This document shows positions 60,232 through 64,000 of a stretch of 64,000 bases of DNA, piece after piece. Positions within the stretch are counted from its first letter, which is position 1, and every line of letters starts with the position of its first letter. The notes beneath the pieces are model-generated. The model was given only the letters and a program-made list of their open reading frames with translations, ran no database searches and was not told the DNA's origin. This DNA comes from Massalongia carnosa. Its lineage: Eukaryota. The position numbers and the translations under genes were made by a program. The stretch lies in assembly GCA_965645245.1 (NCBI GenBank), contig OZ287067.1, forward strand, positions 2,170,001 to 2,234,000, given 5' to 3'.

Positions 60232-62000
60232 GGGTGCTGGGCGGGGGCTGCGGACGGGGGCTGGGGAGGTGTATGCGCCACAGCAGCCACGGGATGATGA
60301 AGTAACGCGGTTCGACCAGTGGGGCTGTGATGAGGGAGAGCGCGGTGGCAAGAAACCAGACGAGAACGAAGCTCACGCGGCTGCCTGCAGCGGGGTTGGA
60401 GGACGAAGGCGGCAGGCGGAGCTGGTGGTTGTCTTTGGTTTCTGTTCTCATGGGAGATAGGGGGGGGCCGGGTTCCTGCGCATATGGGAGGCCGCCGAGC
60501 GAGGTGATGGCGGCCCAGGCGCAGAGGGTGTAGATTGGGACAGCGGCGTATTTGAGGAGGGGGTGGCGGAGCAGGAGGCGGAAGACGTAGAACATGTAGT
60601 GACGGTTGTCGGCGAGGGTGAAGGGGTGGATGATGGTGTTGTAGTGAACGACTGGAAGCATTATCGCTGTGAAGGATAGGAAGACTGGAATTCGCGGAAA
60701 CTGGCTTGAACCGGAGCGAAGGGTTTGGGGGAGTTTGCGCTGGGGGACGATGCTGTTTAGGAGATAGGGGTATAATAGCGGGAAAGAGAAGAACATCAGG
60801 TATGGCCAGATGTAGAGCATTTGCGACAAGTGAATCGAGGCCACATGGTTTTCCTTGTCGCCTGGAGATATGAGTGGGTTTGCTTACATGTGGATGTGGG
60901 GGGGGGGGGGGGGGGGAATACCTAATACTACACCGTTGTTCCATATCACCAATACCGCAAACGCACCCAAGATGGTCAGATGAGGGGCCAAAGACAATAG
61001 TACAGTTGGAAGTCTAGAGAGAGCAGCGACTAGAACCGATAAGCTAGATTTTGCATAATCTAGATACTCTGTTAGCCATTATGATTGCTTCATTATCCAT
61101 TTGGTAGAGACCTTCCAAGCACGCCTGGCCGACCAGTGGATCAAAGATATAGGAATGCTGCCAACTTCCAATCATTATATCGAAGAAGGTAGGCTTCTCC
61201 GGGAACTCTCTCCCCGGATGCCCCCTGGTCAAGGTGCGGCAGAGTTCGAGGCCTCCGAGGAAAACCGAGACCCAAAAGATGTTCGTTTGTCTGAGTGACA
61301 GTGAAGCAAGGCTGACAAGTAGAAAGGCTTTGTTTGCAGACTGGGAATGAAGACGATATGCCATAAGAACAGAAAGAGCGGATATAACGTCGGTGTAGTA
61401 TAGGCTATAGAAGAAGAAAAGAGGAGGAAATAGACAGATATTGAAAACACAATGGTTCAGCTCCACCATTGACCACTTCGCCAGCAACTTGGAATCCGGC
61501 TGCTTAACAGTCTTAAATGCATCATGATAGGACGATATTCTCAGAACGACGACTTTGCGGATTTCGTGGGCAAGCAGCCCGGAAGCTAAGATGTTCGTAT
61601 AACGTAACGTTGACGCGTTAATAGCTGGGAAGCGGCCGAAGACATTGACAACGGAAATCCAGATATAAGAAATGATATATCTTGCATGACATCAGCTCAG
61701 GAGCTTCATGAACGAGGCATGCCCATAGGCTCAGGGCAACGCACAGGCCGGGAGGTGTGGTAATTTTTGGGTTCCAGTACCCCCATTGACCTTGTAGGTA
61801 GGCCTGCGCTTGGTGAACGTGAAAGAACTCATCCTACGCTGGCCTTAGCTTGATAGCGAGATTTTGGTATCACTTAAGCCCACAAGATATGGCTCTGGTA
61901 CAACGGCATTGACTTTGGAGAGCCAGACGCCCGCTATCACAACGATGAGGGATGGAACAATCACATGATTGGTCGCCCGATTGTAAAGATTTTCCATCAT
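60023..62000 (-). CDS. ALG10: Dol-P-Glc alpha-1,2-glucosyltransferase (DIE2/ALG10), about 5 exons
   Basis: [22 protein letters not shown]...[91 protein letters not shown]. Confidence 0.94.
60191..60230. repeat. (TGA)n/(TCA)n microsatellite encoding poly-Ser in ALG10
   Basis: About 13 TGA units in frame as [13 protein letters not shown]. Confidence 0.9.
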
Positions 62001-62217
62001 GTATCATGTCATCACAGCACAAAGTAAGGTGTTGTTTACCTGAGAGTCGCAAGCTATCTTCTTCTCGACATATTCCTAACAGAAGAGTGTTGACGACTTT
62101 AGGGGCAAGCCGATACAAGGATATCATGTGACTTGTTCGTACAGGACGTCATATCCGCATGTGTACTTTGTACTAAGTTCCACCTCCAACCATCATAGGG
62201 AAGGCAAGATTATCAGT

Positions 62218-63142
62218 ATGGAGCGTTTGATATCGCCAGGTCTAACTCCACCTGAAGTTGCATTTCTATGTGAAATGGAACTAGTCACCGTTGTACCGCG
62301 CCAACGACTCGAAGCACTAGAACTCCTCGGGGTGAGTGGCACCCTCATCGACTGAGCGTCCTCTCTCGGCTGTAGGTATATATTACAATCACTACCACTC
62401 CCACTCCCCATCACCTTTCACGAAGAGATTAATTTTGGCAAAAAATCTCATCACTAACGAAACCCTAGGGCTCAATCCCCCCTCTTCTTCCCCCCTACCG
62501 CACCTCCATTCCCCTCTGGCTCGCTCTCCTTCTTAAACGCCAACGAAGAGCCAATATCGTCCCCCCACCCTGGCTCTCCCCTCCCTCTCTAGACGCAATC
62601 CTCAAGCTCGAAACGACACTCACACCCTTTACCCCGCCGCCCTCCCAACCTCCATCCCTTTCCAAGTTCACCCTGTCACCGCCCTTTCTACCTAGCGCGA
62701 CCGCTGACGCGCCCTCGGATGCGCTTCCATATCATTGGCTAGAGTTGGGCGAAATGCTGCTGGATGCGGCGGTGGATGACATCCCAGAGCCAGACAGCGT
62801 ACGCCGGCTAATGCGGGATTTACGGGAAGTGCGCATGGCAAAACTAAGGGCCGGGGTGGCGGTGTTGGAGGGGGGAAGAGAAGTCAAGATGAACGGAGTA
62901 GGGGCGATGGAGGTAGCGGAGGGAAGGGCGTTTATCGTAGGGGTGGTGGATGGACTTCGGTGGGTTAACAGTTTCGTTTCGCGGCTGTTAAGAGGAGTGT
63001 GGGAGTACGAGAATGGCTAACACGAACTGGTGGCAGGAGAATCGGCGCGTCGAAGGAGCTTTCGCGAAAGGAGCGCGAAGCCGAGGAGAGGGAGAATGGG
63101 ATCGGAGCGGGCGATGACGATGACGATCTCATGGACATGTAA
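62218..63142 (+). CDS. PSF2: GINS complex subunit Psf2, 3 exons
   Basis: [32 protein letters not shown]|..[55 protein letters not shown], |[14 protein letters not shown]...DDLMDM*. Confidence 0.95.
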
Positions 63143-64000
63143 GGTGCTCTAGGTTTTCCGGGCTAGAAATGAATCATGAAGGGGAATATTCAAGGTGTTT
63201 TCAGCCTTTCCCGTCAGCCGCTTGCTAGGAGTTTCTTGAGCCCTGTTAGTTTATTTGTCACAAGCACCGCCTCCCGGAAGCTTCCTCAATAAAGAGGTGT
63301 TCAGACCACGGTTCCATTAACCCACTTTTGTTCTTTTGAGCTTCTTCTTATCCTCACATATCTCCCCATATCTCCCCTAAAATCCTCACTCCCAGAAAAG
63401 GGGCATGTCCTGGGTTTCCAGTCCATTCCTCTCACGAGACGAAACCGGAGGGATGAGCATAGAGAGGAGAGGAGGATGGAGAGGGTTTTTGGCGAGGGTA
63501 AGATGGAACATAAAAGAAGGAGAGGGGGGGAATAAGGACGAGGATATTTGGAAGATTTCAAGGTTCATCACTGTTTCTCCTTACCTATATACTTACCTAT
63601 CTATTCATCCATCCATCCATCCATTTATCCCATTTTCCAACCTTTAGATTTTTCTTTCCTTCTTTTCCATCACTCTCTCACAAACACCCGCATAGAAACG
63701 CTGGACCCCCAACCAACTCCACTAACGAACGAACGAACGAACGGGGAGATTTAGTATAGAACTCGAGGACATGGTCTGTTGTTCTTCGATTCTATGTCTA
63801 TTCATCTATTTATCTGATCGTCTAACTCCATTCACGCTGATTGAAGAACTCGCCCTTTCAAACGCCGCTCGTCTTGACGCAAAACCTACGACATCATGCA
63901 TGATGAGTGATGAAATGTAAAATTCCGTAAAAATAGAAAAGGGATTCTGCACGCCAAGCCCTTTTTCCCCTCGTAAATACAGTTTAATACTTTATTTTCC

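Noticed and set aside
58683..60351. Long antisense and alternative-frame ORFs over ORC4 and ALG10, including poly-His and poly-Ile frames
   Set aside because: Shadows of GC-skewed coding sequence and the (TCA)n repeat.

Overview
Filamentous ascomycete (Pezizomycotina) nuclear DNA, judged from short GT-AG introns with CTRAY branch sites and typical fungal housekeeping genes. About 16 protein genes are supported: HD nucleotidase, HAUS6, MFS transporter, PaaI thioesterase, myosin light chain, Zn2Cys6 factor, STEEP1-like, SEC27, M3 peptidase, GPI cell-wall protein, PTH11-like protein, ORC4, ALG10, PSF2 and two related secreted Cys-rich proteins. The window also holds an intron-containing tRNA-Leu(UAG) and two 5'-truncated LINE insertions with target-site duplications (TSDs). 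The most unusual feature is a nested DNA-transposon locus at 33.06-36.52 kb. An intact Tc1/IS630-type (DD38E) transposase gene has tripartite asymmetric CAC-terminal inverted repeats and a 5-bp CCATT duplication instead of TA. It sits inside a decayed, intron-containing piggyBac-like element whose own flanks are not TTAA. All coordinates and splice models were read by eye and are unverified.
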